This document shows positions 27,577-36,292 of a DNA stretch of 42,087 bases, in pieces; position 1 is the stretch's first letter; every line of letters begins with the position of its first letter. The stretch is from the UHGV virus genome UHGV-1352645; one strand, given 5' to 3'. Source of the DNA: a virus. Below the pieces are notes generated by a model. It saw nothing but the letters and a program-made list of their open reading frames with translations, was not told the origin of the DNA and searched no databases. The position numbers and the translations under genes are program-made.

Positions 27577-27599
27577 GGCTGCTGGCGCAGGGAAGCGCC

Positions 27600-27632
27600 C
27601 ACAAAAAAGCCCGCTATGCGGGCTATTAAAAA
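27600..27632. terminator. Bidirectional terminator AGCCCGC-TAT-GCGGGCT (strong T-run on the minus strand)
   Basis: Lies between the ant stop and the hicA stop. Confidence 0.55.
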
Positions 27633-27823
27633 TACTTATCTAAACCAGCGTCTTTCAATATGTTATTTGCTGTATGTTTCGATTTCACAGTAAACGGAAC
27701 AGAAAAATTTCTTGATGACAATGGACTATACCATATCTCATGACTGCCTTTTCCTTGCCTTACAAAATAACATTTTGCAGACTTAAGGATATCAACGAGC
27801 TTGGGGTATAGTCCTGTTCCCAT
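27626..27823 (-). CDS. hicA: HicA-family mRNA interferase toxin
   Basis: 65 aa with GKGSHEIW...NILKDAGL, characteristic of HicA. Confidence 0.7.
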   Translation of the reverse strand: MGTGLYPKLVDILKSAKCYFVRQGKGSHEIWYSPLSSRNFSVPFTVKSKHTANNILKDAGLDKYF

Positions 27824-27826
27824 ACA

Positions 27827-28084
27827 CTACAGTGCCATTCTGTCAGTGAAGTTCTGTTCCTGAATGAAGGATAAATGCAGCCGTTTGAGGTTGCCTTTGT
27901 ATCCGTTCATTTCATATAGCTCAGGAGCTATCTCCCACACTCTTTCGGTCAGATCTTCGTAAGAGTCAGCTTCGGTGGAGAGCCCAAGATCTTCACAGTA
28001 TGCCACCCATACATTCTCTTCAGTATCGTGACACACATTTACTTTGAAAAGGCTCGAGAATTTCAACACATCATCAGTTCTCAT
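27827..28084 (-). CDS. hicB: HicB-family antitoxin (N-terminal DUF1902-type domain only)
   Basis: Contains FKVNVCHDTEENVWVAYCEDLGLSTEADSYEDLTERVWEIAPE. Upstream of hicA with a 3-nt gap. The track ORF extends upstream to 28132. Confidence 0.55.
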   Translation of the reverse strand: MRTDDVLKFSSLFKVNVCHDTEENVWVAYCEDLGLSTEADSYEDLTERVWEIAPELYEMNGYKGNLKRLHLSFIQEQNFTDRMAL

Positions 28085-28175
28085 GGTCGCCTCCTGTTTT
28101 ACCTTATTGGTAATACTAAGCCACTCATGCAATCCGTCAAGAATTATTTTAAATGTGCTTCCTGGCTATCAATCC

Positions 28176-28436
28176 CTATCTGAGTTGCTGCCGCAACTGC
28201 ATTGCACAGAAATCCAGGTGTGTTTGCAGCTCCCGCATCGACAACTGCGAGCTTGTCACATAGTTAACCAGTGCCACCAGTTCCGCCGCCGCACCGCTGA
28301 CATCGTGGCCATCTCGCTCCATTTCCCTGAGCAACTCCATCAGTTGTGATTTTACAACCAGGGATCTGACCCCTTCCGGGGTGTGAATACGATCCGCAAA
28401 ACCTTCGTCGACAGGATACTGGTACCGCTCTGGCAT
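28176..28436 (-). CDS. Small protein homologous to the C-terminal domain of the Bro-N antirepressor (candidate SOS-induced antirepressor or regulator)
   Basis: Its segment ERYQYPVDEGFADRIHTPEGVRSLVVKSQLMELLREMERDGHDVSGAAAELVALVNYVTS aligns with Ant residues KTYDYPLKPGYRERIHCPDGVRGLVDKSMLMDMLRKMDADGHDVAGAVTELTAMLSYITG. ATG at 28436, 19 nt downstream of a LexA-like box. Confidence 0.5.
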   Translation of the reverse strand: MPERYQYPVDEGFADRIHTPEGVRSLVVKSQLMELLREMERDGHDVSGAAAELVALVNYVTSSQLSMRELQTHLDFCAMQLRQQLR

Positions 28437-28454
28437 TAGGATTACTCCGATAAA

Positions 28455-28474
28455 TACTGTATATATATACATAT
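28455..28474. promoter_or_regulatory. LexA-like box TACTGTATATATATACATAT (one mismatch: ACAT instead of ACAG)
   Basis: CTGT-N8-ACAT immediately upstream of the leftward operon 28436 to 27626. Confidence 0.5.
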
Positions 28475-28510
28475 ATCAAAAGGTAACAGGGTTTTCCAGA
28501 AGGTTTTTAT

Positions 28511-28525
28511 TTACCTTAATGGTAA
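28511..28525. promoter_or_regulatory. TTACCTTAATGGTAA palindrome in the divergent promoter region between the leftward antC-like/hicBA operon and the tail fibre gene
   Basis: Motif instance; a half-site CAAAAGGTAA lies at 28476-28485. Confidence 0.45.
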
Positions 28526-28623
28526 TGTTTTTGCTCGTTTTGATCTGTTTTATTCATATATGGTTTGATGGGTAATAGAATGCTTCTATGCACGCGCGCC
28601 AGCGCTGACCACTGGAGCAGACT

Positions 28624-31600
28624 ATGACAGTTTCAACGCAGGTAAGCCGTAACGAGTACACCGGTAACGGCGCCACAACCCAATACGATTTTACGTTCCG
28701 CATTCTTGATAAAAGCCACCTGCTGGTGCAGACCCTGGATACCTCAGAAAACATCGTGACGCTAACACTCGGTACCGACTACACGGTTACCGGCGTGAAC
28801 CGTTACAACGGGGGTAAGGTGGTTCTGACATCAGCGCTACCAGCTGGCTACAAAATCTCTATCGAGCGCAGCACGCCGGTTACGCAGGAAGCCAGCATCA
28901 GGAACCAGGGGGGCTTTTTCCCTGAGATCCACGAAGATGCTCTCGATAAGTTGACCATGCTGGTGCAGCAGGCATATGGATGGTGGTCTGGTCTATCTCT
29001 CAGGAAGCCATCGTGGCTCGCGAACTATTACGATGCGCTGAATAACCGTATTCGTAACCTGCGTGACCCGTCACAGGCGCAGGATGCGGCTACTAAGGGG
29101 TATACCGATAACCTGGTTAATCAGGAGGCTCAGGCCAGAATTGCAGCGGACCTTGTTCTGCAGGAGAATATTGATTCTGAGGCTCTCGCAAGAAAACTTG
29201 CGGATGAAACTCTTCAGAGCAATATCGACAATGAAGCCACTGCAAGAATTAATGGTGATAACGAATTACGTAATGTAATCGCTGCAAATATTAATAAAAC
29301 CATCCGCGTTCCAGAGAACTACGTCCCGCCGCTTGCCAGCATTATGGCCCGCAGTAACACGCTTATGGGATTCAACGCCCAGGGGGCGCCGATACCAGTG
29401 GCAACACAAACACAGACGGCGGATCTGGCTATCAAGCTGGCATCAGAGGGCGGGTCTCAACTGATTTTTGGCCTTGGCAATATTATCAACTTCACTTCGT
29501 TAATATTTTCATCTGTCGATACCCCGTCTGCTTATCAGTCAAATGGTTTTTACGAGCAGTGCGATGGCGGTGAGGCAATATGGCAATATACCGGGAACAC
29601 AATCCCGGAAAAGGCCGGAACTCATGCTATAACTGAAGGGAAAATTTATAACGCCAATGGCGACGAATACGCATTAGAGATACGAGGCGGAGCCATTAAG
29701 GTTCTCGCTAACGGCGCAAAGGCGTATACCTATAATGAATGTACCGACCAGACAACCGATGATTTTGTCTGTCTCGGGCAAGCCAGTAATGGCATTCTTT
29801 CCCGCCTGACGCTCGGAGTGTCCACGGGAAATAACTTAGCAACATATGACGGCGGAACCCGCTTAGATCTGATTTATCCGACCAATATGTACCGCATTGG
29901 TAAAGAGCCAATAAAGGGGTATTCCGGAGTTAATTACCATTTCGGTGCATCTTCCCTTATGGTTTATGCTGGTAAGTCTTACACTTATGCAGTTACAGGG
30001 AAACGCCTGGACGGCTGGCGTCATGGTGTGGATGAAATTACCGAAAAATGGGAAGCCGTTAATAAGCAGGCATACTGGGGATCTGTCAGTCTTCAGAGGA
30101 CGAATATTTACGGGGGGATGTTTGACGGCGATCATACCATCCAGAAAATGCCAGAAGAGTGTTCGGCTGGGGTTGCGATTCTGGCACTTAACCCGGAAGG
30201 GTTCACCAAGCATGGAACAGTCATCAGGAGTACGTTCAACTGGGCGTGTGTGGAAATGCCTGCCATGCTGGAAGCCACTGTCTTCAATCAGAAAGGTCAT
30301 GCCTTCGACAACAATACACTCGACTATGAGTATATTGTTCCTGCCTGGGTTGCCGCAGGATTAACATCCAGAGTCGGTAACTTTAACCGCGTAACAAATT
30401 ACGATTGTAAATTTGAGGGTGGACGCAGGGGGACTTACAGAAACGCCTGCGACTGGTCTGCGCTTTATAACTGTGAAGTGACAAACCGTCTGGCTTGGCG
30501 AAATGCAGCGAACGTTTCAGGTGCTGTGCCGGAATATATCGCCGTCTGTACTGGTACCGCAATGCATGTCTCTGGTGGTTACTGGGGGCCAGCAGCGGCC
30601 AAAGATTATAATGCTCAGTATGGTTCTGTGTATGGCACGGCCCAGAATCACGTATTCACTGGCGTATATACCGAGTGGACATACAACTTTTATACCGTCA
30701 GCGCCTGGGGCTTCAACGGCAAAGCATCCCGTCTGCAGGGCTTCCATCTGGATTGTGTCAGCCAGTACAAAGATAACTTTACCGAATATGCGTCGATCCG
30801 TTTTGAAGGTGGTTGCTTCGGCACCATTGACGACGGAGGCAATTACACCTATCCCGAGGGCTTCTATCATTATGATACGCCTAACGGTGTTTCCGCATAC
30901 AGCTGGGGGACGCCAATAAGGGATCTTGGCGCATTCCGGCATAACGGCTTCGATTTCAAATACGGCCCTTACAATATGTATATTCCGGCCGGAACTGACT
31001 GGGATGCTATTCGCAACCGGCCATATGCTAAAGAGATTTTTAACCCTTATGGTATTCAGTTGAATGCCGGCCCGGCATTCTTGCCATGGCAGGTTCCGGC
31101 CATAAAATCACATATCTGCATCTGGATTAAGGACCACTCAGGCAACTTTAATCCGCGAAATATTTATGCCTGGATCACTGCGGCGAGCCAGGACGGCCCG
31201 AATGCAGACGAAGCTCTGTATAAATCATTTGCCGAACCGATGTTTGATTTCGGCAATGGCTACAAGATGCTGATGATCCCCAACAAACGACTGAGCGCTT
31301 TTGATGGCCAGTACACTTATGCCCGAAATGCCAGCATCATTGTTGATGTGCCGACTGATGGCAGTACGCCCATCACTCTGAAGGCAGTCGAGGCGTATAC
31401 CGGGGGCATTCCTATATTTCCAAATGGATGCGGAAACTATACTCCTGAAACAAACGGGACCTCTGTAACAAGCCCTGTGACCAACCCGGTAGGCTTTGAC
31501 AGTTCGCTTGGTGGGGGGATCTTTGGCAACGGTGATATCATCGGGCCATGGGTGCATATGCGGCGTACACAGTCAGGCTACATCGTCTCCCCGACACTGA

Positions 31601-32778
31601 CCAGTGGCTACACGCTGGAGCAGAAAATGGTGACAGGCGGCTGCACGCTGGAAGCTGCATTTAAAGTGGCATTCAGCGCGACAGTGACAACTGTCAACAG
31701 CAACGGCACCACCATCATCACCGTGCCTGCGGCATACCTACCGTACGTTGCTGTGGGTATACCGCTGTATATCACCGGCGGCTCATCAACCGGCGTGACC
31801 GGTCAAGTTCGGCTGATTAAACGTCTGCTTAACAGCGACGGCACATCATCGCCGCGTTATCTTGTCCAGGGGACTGTCGGGGCCGCGGGTGATACGCTGA
31901 CTATCGATCAGGCTCAAGTTCCGGCTTATACGTTTTATAACGACCGTAACTTCAATGCTATTACCGCAACCTCGGTCACTATCAGCGGAGTGTCAGTAGC
32001 AAACGCCCACAGGTCTACATACTCTTCAGCTATTGGCTATGGTGGCGCATCCGGAGCTAAAGCGCTGGAGTTTTACGTCAATGGTGGAACCGCCTACACG
32101 CAAAGGATTGTTGCCACGTCTACGACGGTAATGAGCCTGGAAACCGGCGGGAACCTGTCAGTAAACGGGAATACCTACCCGAATGCTGACGGCACCTATT
32201 CGCTTGGCACCCCATCCGGTCGCTGGTCGCAGGTCTTTGCATCGAATAGCGTTATCGGGACGTCAGACGAGACGCACAAAACCCGCCCACGGGCAGACAC
32301 GCCGGCGGAAACCGACGCCTATTATGAAATCGGGCAGCTACCCGGCGTCTGGCAGTGGCTGGAAAAATATATGGTCGAAGGGGATGACGCCCGCCTGCAC
32401 TCCGGGCCGACCGTGCAGGCGGCGATTGCCGTGATGGATAAGTACGGTCTGGACTGGCGGGAATATTCCGCGTTCTGCTATGACGAGTGGGACGCACAGG
32501 ATGCGATTATCGAGACCTGGGATGACGAGTGGGAGGTGATACCCGGCACCCCGGATGAACTGGACGAGGAGGGTAACGTGGTTGTTAAGGCGGTACCGGA
32601 AACGCGCACCCTCATCAGAGCGGCCGGGAGCAACGTTATTCAGGAGGCGCGAGAAGCCGGTAACGTCTACGCATTTCGCAAGGAGGAGCTGCTCTTCTGG
32701 ATTTCCCGCGCGACCATCGCAAAACAGCAGGATATCGAAAAACGCCTGGCGGCAATAGAAGCCAGCATGTCATCGTAA
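28624..32778 (+). CDS. Tail fibre / tailspike protein with T7 gp17-like N-terminal adaptor domain, large central (probably enzymatic) domain and C-terminal chaperone-like domain
   Basis: N-terminus YTGNGATTQYDFTFRILDKSHLLVQTL...TDYTV resembles T7 gp17 residues 1-150. A coiled-coil follows (DNLVNQEAQARIAADLVLQENIDSEA). Total 1384 aa. The C-terminal segment has SDETHKT. Confidence 0.8.
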   Translation: MTVSTQVSRNEYTGNGATTQYDFTFRILDKSHLLVQTLDTSENIVTLTLGTDYTVTGVNRYNGGKVVLTSALPAGYKISIERSTPVTQEASIRNQGGFFPEIHEDALDKLTMLVQQAYGWWSGLSLRKPSWLANYYDALNNRIRNLRDPSQAQDAATKGYTDNLVNQEAQARIAADLVLQENIDSEALARKLADETLQSNIDNEATARINGDNELRNVIAANINKTIRVPENYVPPLASIMARSNTLMGFNAQGAPIPVATQTQTADLAIKLASEGGSQLIFGLGNIINFTSLIFSSVDTPSAYQSNGFYEQCDGGEAIWQYTGNTIPEKAGTHAITEGKIYNANGDEYALEIRGGAIKVLANGAKAYTYNECTDQTTDDFVCLGQASNGILSRLTLGVSTGNNLATYDGGTRLDLIYPTNMYRIGKEPIKGYSGVNYHFGASSLMVYAGKSYTYAVTGKRLDGWRHGVDEITEKWEAVNKQAYWGSVSLQRTNIYGGMFDGDHTIQKMPEECSAGVAILALNPEGFTKHGTVIRSTFNWACVEMPAMLEATVFNQKGHAFDNNTLDYEYIVPAWVAAGLTSRVGNFNRVTNYDCKFEGGRRGTYRNACDWSALYNCEVTNRLAWRNAANVSGAVPEYIAVCTGTAMHVSGGYWGPAAAKDYNAQYGSVYGTAQNHVFTGVYTEWTYNFYTVSAWGFNGKASRLQGFHLDCVSQYKDNFTEYASIRFEGGCFGTIDDGGNYTYPEGFYHYDTPNGVSAYSWGTPIRDLGAFRHNGFDFKYGPYNMYIPAGTDWDAIRNRPYAKEIFNPYGIQLNAGPAFLPWQVPAIKSHICIWIKDHSGNFNPRNIYAWITAASQDGPNADEALYKSFAEPMFDFGNGYKMLMIPNKRLSAFDGQYTYARNASIIVDVPTDGSTPITLKAVEAYTGGIPIFPNGCGNYTPETNGTSVTSPVTNPVGFDSSLGGGIFGNGDIIGPWVHMRRTQSGYIVSPTLTSGYTLEQKMVTGGCTLEAAFKVAFSATVTTVNSNGTTIITVPAAYLPYVAVGIPLYITGGSSTGVTGQVRLIKRLLNSDGTSSPRYLVQGTVGAAGDTLTIDQAQVPAYTFYNDRNFNAITATSVTISGVSVANAHRSTYSSAIGYGGASGAKALEFYVNGGTAYTQRIVATSTTVMSLETGGNLSVNGNTYPNADGTYSLGTPSGRWSQVFASNSVIGTSDETHKTRPRADTPAETDAYYEIGQLPGVWQWLEKYMVEGDDARLHSGPTVQAAIAVMDKYGLDWREYSAFCYDEWDAQDAIIETWDDEWEVIPGTPDELDEEGNVVVKAVPETRTLIRAAGSNVIQEAREAGNVYAFRKEELLFWISRATIAKQQDIEKRLAAIEASMSS

Positions 32779-32913
32779 AAATGGAACAAGATAACGGCCA
32801 TGGATGGCTGCACCCAATAAGGATTTATTACCGATTATCCGTATACGGTTTATTGTGTATGATGAACCTACCCAACTAAGGAGGTTCATCATGTATAGTA
32901 AACGGTGGTCATC

Positions 32914-33318
32914 ATGTCTGCATCGCTAACCGCTGATACAATAAATCAGGGGCTTAGCTACGGTGCGCTGGCGGCAGTTATCGCCGGCGTACCTCCTGAA
33001 GTGGCGCTGGGGTCGCTGGCCGGGGCGGTAATTTTTGTTACCTCTGCTGTTGAGTATCCGGTCAAGCGCCGCGTTCTCCTGGCGCTACTTAGCTTTCTCT
33101 GCGGCCTTCTCTTCTACAAACCAACAGCATCAATCCTTATCGGCGTTGCGAGCATGATCCCCACCATCACACAGGACTCGTTCGAGCGGGGCATTGTCTA
33201 CTCCGCCGGCGCGTTCGTTGCCGCAATTGTCGCGGTACGGGTTGGGATATGGCTGTATCACCGCTCTGACAATCCGCGCGATTTAATCCCGGGAGGAAAA
33301 GACGATGACAGGCCATGA
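32914..33318 (+). CDS. Holin-like membrane protein (3-4 TM), possible dual start (GTG 32905 / ATG 32914)
   Basis: Hydrophobic segments AAVIAGVPPEVALGSLAGAVIFV, LLALLSFLCGLLFY and VYSAGAFVAAIVAVRVGIWLY. First gene of the lysis cassette. Confidence 0.45.
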   Translation: MSASLTADTINQGLSYGALAAVIAGVPPEVALGSLAGAVIFVTSAVEYPVKRRVLLALLSFLCGLLFYKPTASILIGVASMIPTITQDSFERGIVYSAGAFVAAIVAVRVGIWLYHRSDNPRDLIPGGKDDDRP

Positions 33319-33610
33319 TCTGCTGCTTATCGCTAATTCCATCATCTGCGGCGGTATAGCGCTGCGGGTGATGTTCTTCCAGCGCAACGGATCGCGCCAT
33401 CGCCGCTGGGGCGGGTGGATAGCCTATTTCCTCATCGTGGCGGCGGCCAGCATCCCGCTGCGCACCGCGTACTCATACCTGTACCACTTCCCTATGACCG
33501 CAGATCTTTCTGAGGTCGTTATCAATGCTGTGATGTTCGCCGCGGTGCTGAAGACACGCGGCAACGTCGTGCAAATCTTCAAGATATCGAGGTCGCAACA
33601 TGGACATTAA
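33305..33610 (+). CDS. Second holin / antiholin-like membrane protein (3 TM)
   Basis: 101 aa with LLLIANSIICGGIALRVMFF, WIAYFLIVAAASIPL and VVINAVMFAAVL. ATGA-coupled. Confidence 0.45.
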   Translation: MTGHDLLLIANSIICGGIALRVMFFQRNGSRHRRWGGWIAYFLIVAAASIPLRTAYSYLYHFPMTADLSEVVINAVMFAAVLKTRGNVVQIFKISRSQHGH

Positions 33611-34229
33611 CGAGTTTCAGAAAGCTGCCGGCGTTAGCCTGGCGCTGGCCACACGCTGGCATCCGCACATCGTGGCGGCCATGAAAGAGTTTGGCATCAT
33701 CAAGCCGCTGGATCAGGCGATGTTTATTGCCCAGGCCGGGCATGAAAGCACTGGCTTTACCCAGCTCGTTGAGAGCTTCAATTACAGCGTGGCAGGGCTG
33801 GCTGGTTTCGTCCGTGCCGGGCGACTGACGCAGGGCCAGGCTAATTCCCTCGGGCGCCGGCAGGGTGAACCATCGTTGCCACTGGAGAGGCAGCGGTCCA
33901 TTGCCAATCTGGTGTACAGCAAACGCATGGGGAATAACGGGCCGACAGACGGCTGGTTTTACCGCGGGCGCGGGCTTATCCAGATCACCGGGCTGAACAC
34001 CTATCGCGACTGCGGCAACGGCTTGAAGGTGGATCTGGTTAAGCAGCCGGAGCTGCTGGCGCAGGACGAGTATGCAGCGCGGAGCGCGGCGTGGTACTTC
34101 GTGAAATATGGATGCCTGAAGTACACCGACGACCTGATGCGCGTCACGCAGATCATCAACGGCGGGCAGAATGGCATCGACGATCGCCGTGTGCGTTACC
34201 TGTCGGCCAAGAAGGCGCTGGCATCATGA
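33600..34229 (+). CDS. Endolysin, glycoside hydrolase family 19 (chitinase-like lysozyme)
   Basis: GH19 catalytic signature AQAGHESTGF...YRGRGLIQITGLNTY. Confidence 0.8.
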   Translation: MDINEFQKAAGVSLALATRWHPHIVAAMKEFGIIKPLDQAMFIAQAGHESTGFTQLVESFNYSVAGLAGFVRAGRLTQGQANSLGRRQGEPSLPLERQRSIANLVYSKRMGNNGPTDGWFYRGRGLIQITGLNTYRDCGNGLKVDLVKQPELLAQDEYAARSAAWYFVKYGCLKYTDDLMRVTQIINGGQNGIDDRRVRYLSAKKALAS

Positions 34230-34708
34230 TCACGGCATTCGTGAAAACATACTGGAAACAATTGCTTATCGTATCGATGCTTGCTGCTCTGGTGGCCAGC
34301 GGCGTTGTCGCCTGGAATATTCACGGTGACAGGCAGTACGACGCCGGGTATGCGCAGGCGAAGGCTGATCGCAAAGCAGAAGATGAGAAAGCCCGTCAAC
34401 ATGACGAACAGGAGAAAGCAACCAATGAACGTGAAGCGCAGCAGAGGATCGACCAGGCGCGCAATGATGCTCTTGATGCTGCCGCTCGCGCTGGCCGGCT
34501 GCAGCAGCAGCTCGTTGCCATCCGTGAGCAGCTCAGGCAGTATAACGCCACTGTCGGCGCTGGGTCGTCAGCCGCAGACACCGGAGTTTTGCTTGCCGAC
34601 GTGCTCGAAAAATCTCTCGAACGAAACCGGCAACTGGCAGAATACGCTGACCGGGCAGCTGAAGCCGGAAGGGTCTGCGAAAGACAGTACGATGAACTAA
34701 CCAGGTAG
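34226..34708 (+). CDS. Rz-like i-spanin
   Basis: N-terminal TM (LLIVSMLAALVASGVVAW) followed by coiled-coil periplasmic region. Directly follows the endolysin. The track ORF 34091 is an upstream extension. Confidence 0.65.
   Translation: MITAFVKTYWKQLLIVSMLAALVASGVVAWNIHGDRQYDAGYAQAKADRKAEDEKARQHDEQEKATNEREAQQRIDQARNDALDAAARAGRLQQQLVAIREQLRQYNATVGAGSSAADTGVLLADVLEKSLERNRQLAEYADRAAEAGRVCERQYDELTR
34464..34700 (+). CDS. Rz1-like o-spanin lipoprotein embedded in the +1 frame of Rz
   Basis: MMLLMLPLALAGC lipobox with Cys, Pro/Ser-rich mature peptide, fully nested within Rz. Confidence 0.6.
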   Translation: MMLLMLPLALAGCSSSSLPSVSSSGSITPLSALGRQPQTPEFCLPTCSKNLSNETGNWQNTLTGQLKPEGSAKDSTMN

Positions 34709-35000
34709 CATGGTATTTTTCATGGTACTGTTTCCCGGTGACGGTATATAAAACGGTACGTAGAATTTATCGTTTCATAAACTTGTTTTCAGTCAATTGG
34801 TTACGAGCACTGTAAATAATTGAGTGGGAATGATTAACGGCTACATTATAGCTAATCATATCTACTCAAATTGAAATGCAACCCTCTGTTTTTACAGAGG
34901 GTTTTTCTTTATATCACATCAACACTATTCACTCTATCTCACATTTTTTGACGGTATACCTGACGGTATTACCATTACGGTATACTCTCGTACCGTCAGA
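34705..35000. other. Candidate attP region: two clusters of (A/C)YGGTAY repeats (34710-34759 and 34951-34996) flanking a roughly 190-bp core, immediately upstream of the integrase gene
   Basis: Direct repeats ACGGTAT at 34951, 34963 and 34977 plus an inverted TACCGT at 34991. ATGGTAT/ATGGTAC/ACGGTAT/ACGGTAC at 34710-34759. Confidence 0.35.
34880..34910 (+). terminator. Rho-independent terminator AACCCTCTG-TTTTTA-CAGAGGGTT plus T-run downstream of the lysis cassette
   Basis: 9-bp perfect stem plus TTTTCTTT. Confidence 0.6.
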
Positions 35001-35025
35001 AAAAATGATGCATCACGGGTGAAAT

Positions 35026-36276
35026 GTGCTTACCGATACCAAACTAAAAAACCTGAAACCGCAGGGCAAAATGTACAAGGTCTCCGATCGCGACGGTCTA
35101 TACGTAGCCGTGCTGATCTCAGGCACCATCTCGTTTCGTTACGATTACCGCATCAACGGCCGCCGGGAGACGCTGGTTATCGGTCAGTATGGTCGTGACG
35201 GTATCACACTGGCTGAAGCCAGGGATGAACTGATAGCCGCTAAAAAGCTGCTGAACGCAGGCCAGTCGCCGGCTGCGGCGAAGCGTGACGGTATCAAGCG
35301 GATCCGCGGAGCCGAAACATTTACGGTACATACCGACGCCTACATGAAACATGTTGTCCTGGCTGACAGCACGCGGGCTATGAAGCAATCAGTAATCGAC
35401 CGGGATATTTTGCCTGTTCTCGGAAACAAAATGATGTCAGAGATAACGACCCCTATGGTGCGTGATCTTTGCGATCGCATAGTCGAGCGCGGCGGACGCG
35501 CGACGGCGGTGCAGGCGCGCGAAATAATCAGCAGCGTGTACCGGTACGCCAATGACCGCGGTCATGGGTTATTCAACCCTGCCGCAGATATTAAGCCGCT
35601 ATCTATCGCAAAATTTGAGGAGCGAGAGCGTTTTCTTAATCCAAGGGAAATCGGTATTTTCTTCAGAGCCCTGAATGACTTTAGCTCCATGGGGACTTTA
35701 AAAATGGCGATCAAACTAGTCCTCATAACCATGGTCCGAAAATCTGAATTCGTTAACGCAAAATGGTCTGAAATAGATTTCCATCACAGAACATGGACGA
35801 TCCCGGCTGAGCGCATGAAGAAAAGAAAGGCGCACGTGATTTTCTTGTCTGATCAGGCTATGGATCTCCTTGTCGGCTTAAACATGTGTGCTGGTGGGAG
35901 TGAATACCTTGTTCCTGGCAGATATGACATTAGGAAGCCGCTTTCTAACGCAGCGCTAAATTCCCTCATCGACAGGACAGTAAAATCAATTAACGATGCA
36001 GGTGAACCATTACAGCGTTTCACTGTGCACGATCTCAGAAGGACCTGCAGCACCAACTTGCATGAAGCTGATTATCCATCTGACTGGATCGAGATGGGAC
36101 AGGCCAGAGCGCAGAAAGGAACTCGAGGAGTATATAACAAGGCGAAATACGCAAAGCAGCGGGCCTACATGCTGCAGCAGTGGGCAAATATGGTTGATGC
36201 ATGGATAAACGGGGAGCATTACGACCTGGTGCCGTTCTCCCCGTCTGCATTTGAAAAGTGGATGAATGAACAATAG
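35026..36276 (+). CDS. int: Tyrosine integrase, P4-like (N-terminal arm-binding DUF4102-type domain), GTG start
   Basis: LTDTKLKNLKPQGKMYKVSDRDGLYVAV...TLAEARDELIAAKKLL N-domain. C-terminal catalytic region has HDLRRT and a conserved Tyr region. Confidence 0.85.
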   Translation: MLTDTKLKNLKPQGKMYKVSDRDGLYVAVLISGTISFRYDYRINGRRETLVIGQYGRDGITLAEARDELIAAKKLLNAGQSPAAAKRDGIKRIRGAETFTVHTDAYMKHVVLADSTRAMKQSVIDRDILPVLGNKMMSEITTPMVRDLCDRIVERGGRATAVQAREIISSVYRYANDRGHGLFNPAADIKPLSIAKFEERERFLNPREIGIFFRALNDFSSMGTLKMAIKLVLITMVRKSEFVNAKWSEIDFHHRTWTIPAERMKKRKAHVIFLSDQAMDLLVGLNMCAGGSEYLVPGRYDIRKPLSNAALNSLIDRTVKSINDAGEPLQRFTVHDLRRTCSTNLHEADYPSDWIEMGQARAQKGTRGVYNKAKYAKQRAYMLQQWANMVDAWINGEHYDLVPFSPSAFEKWMNEQ

Positions 36277-36292
36277 TCCGCCCGGAGGCGGC

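Noticed and set aside
32783-32881. 32-codon ORF immediately after the tail fibre stop
   Set aside because: No Shine-Dalgarno sequence and an improbable composition. The region more likely serves as spacer or hairpin for lysis-gene regulation.
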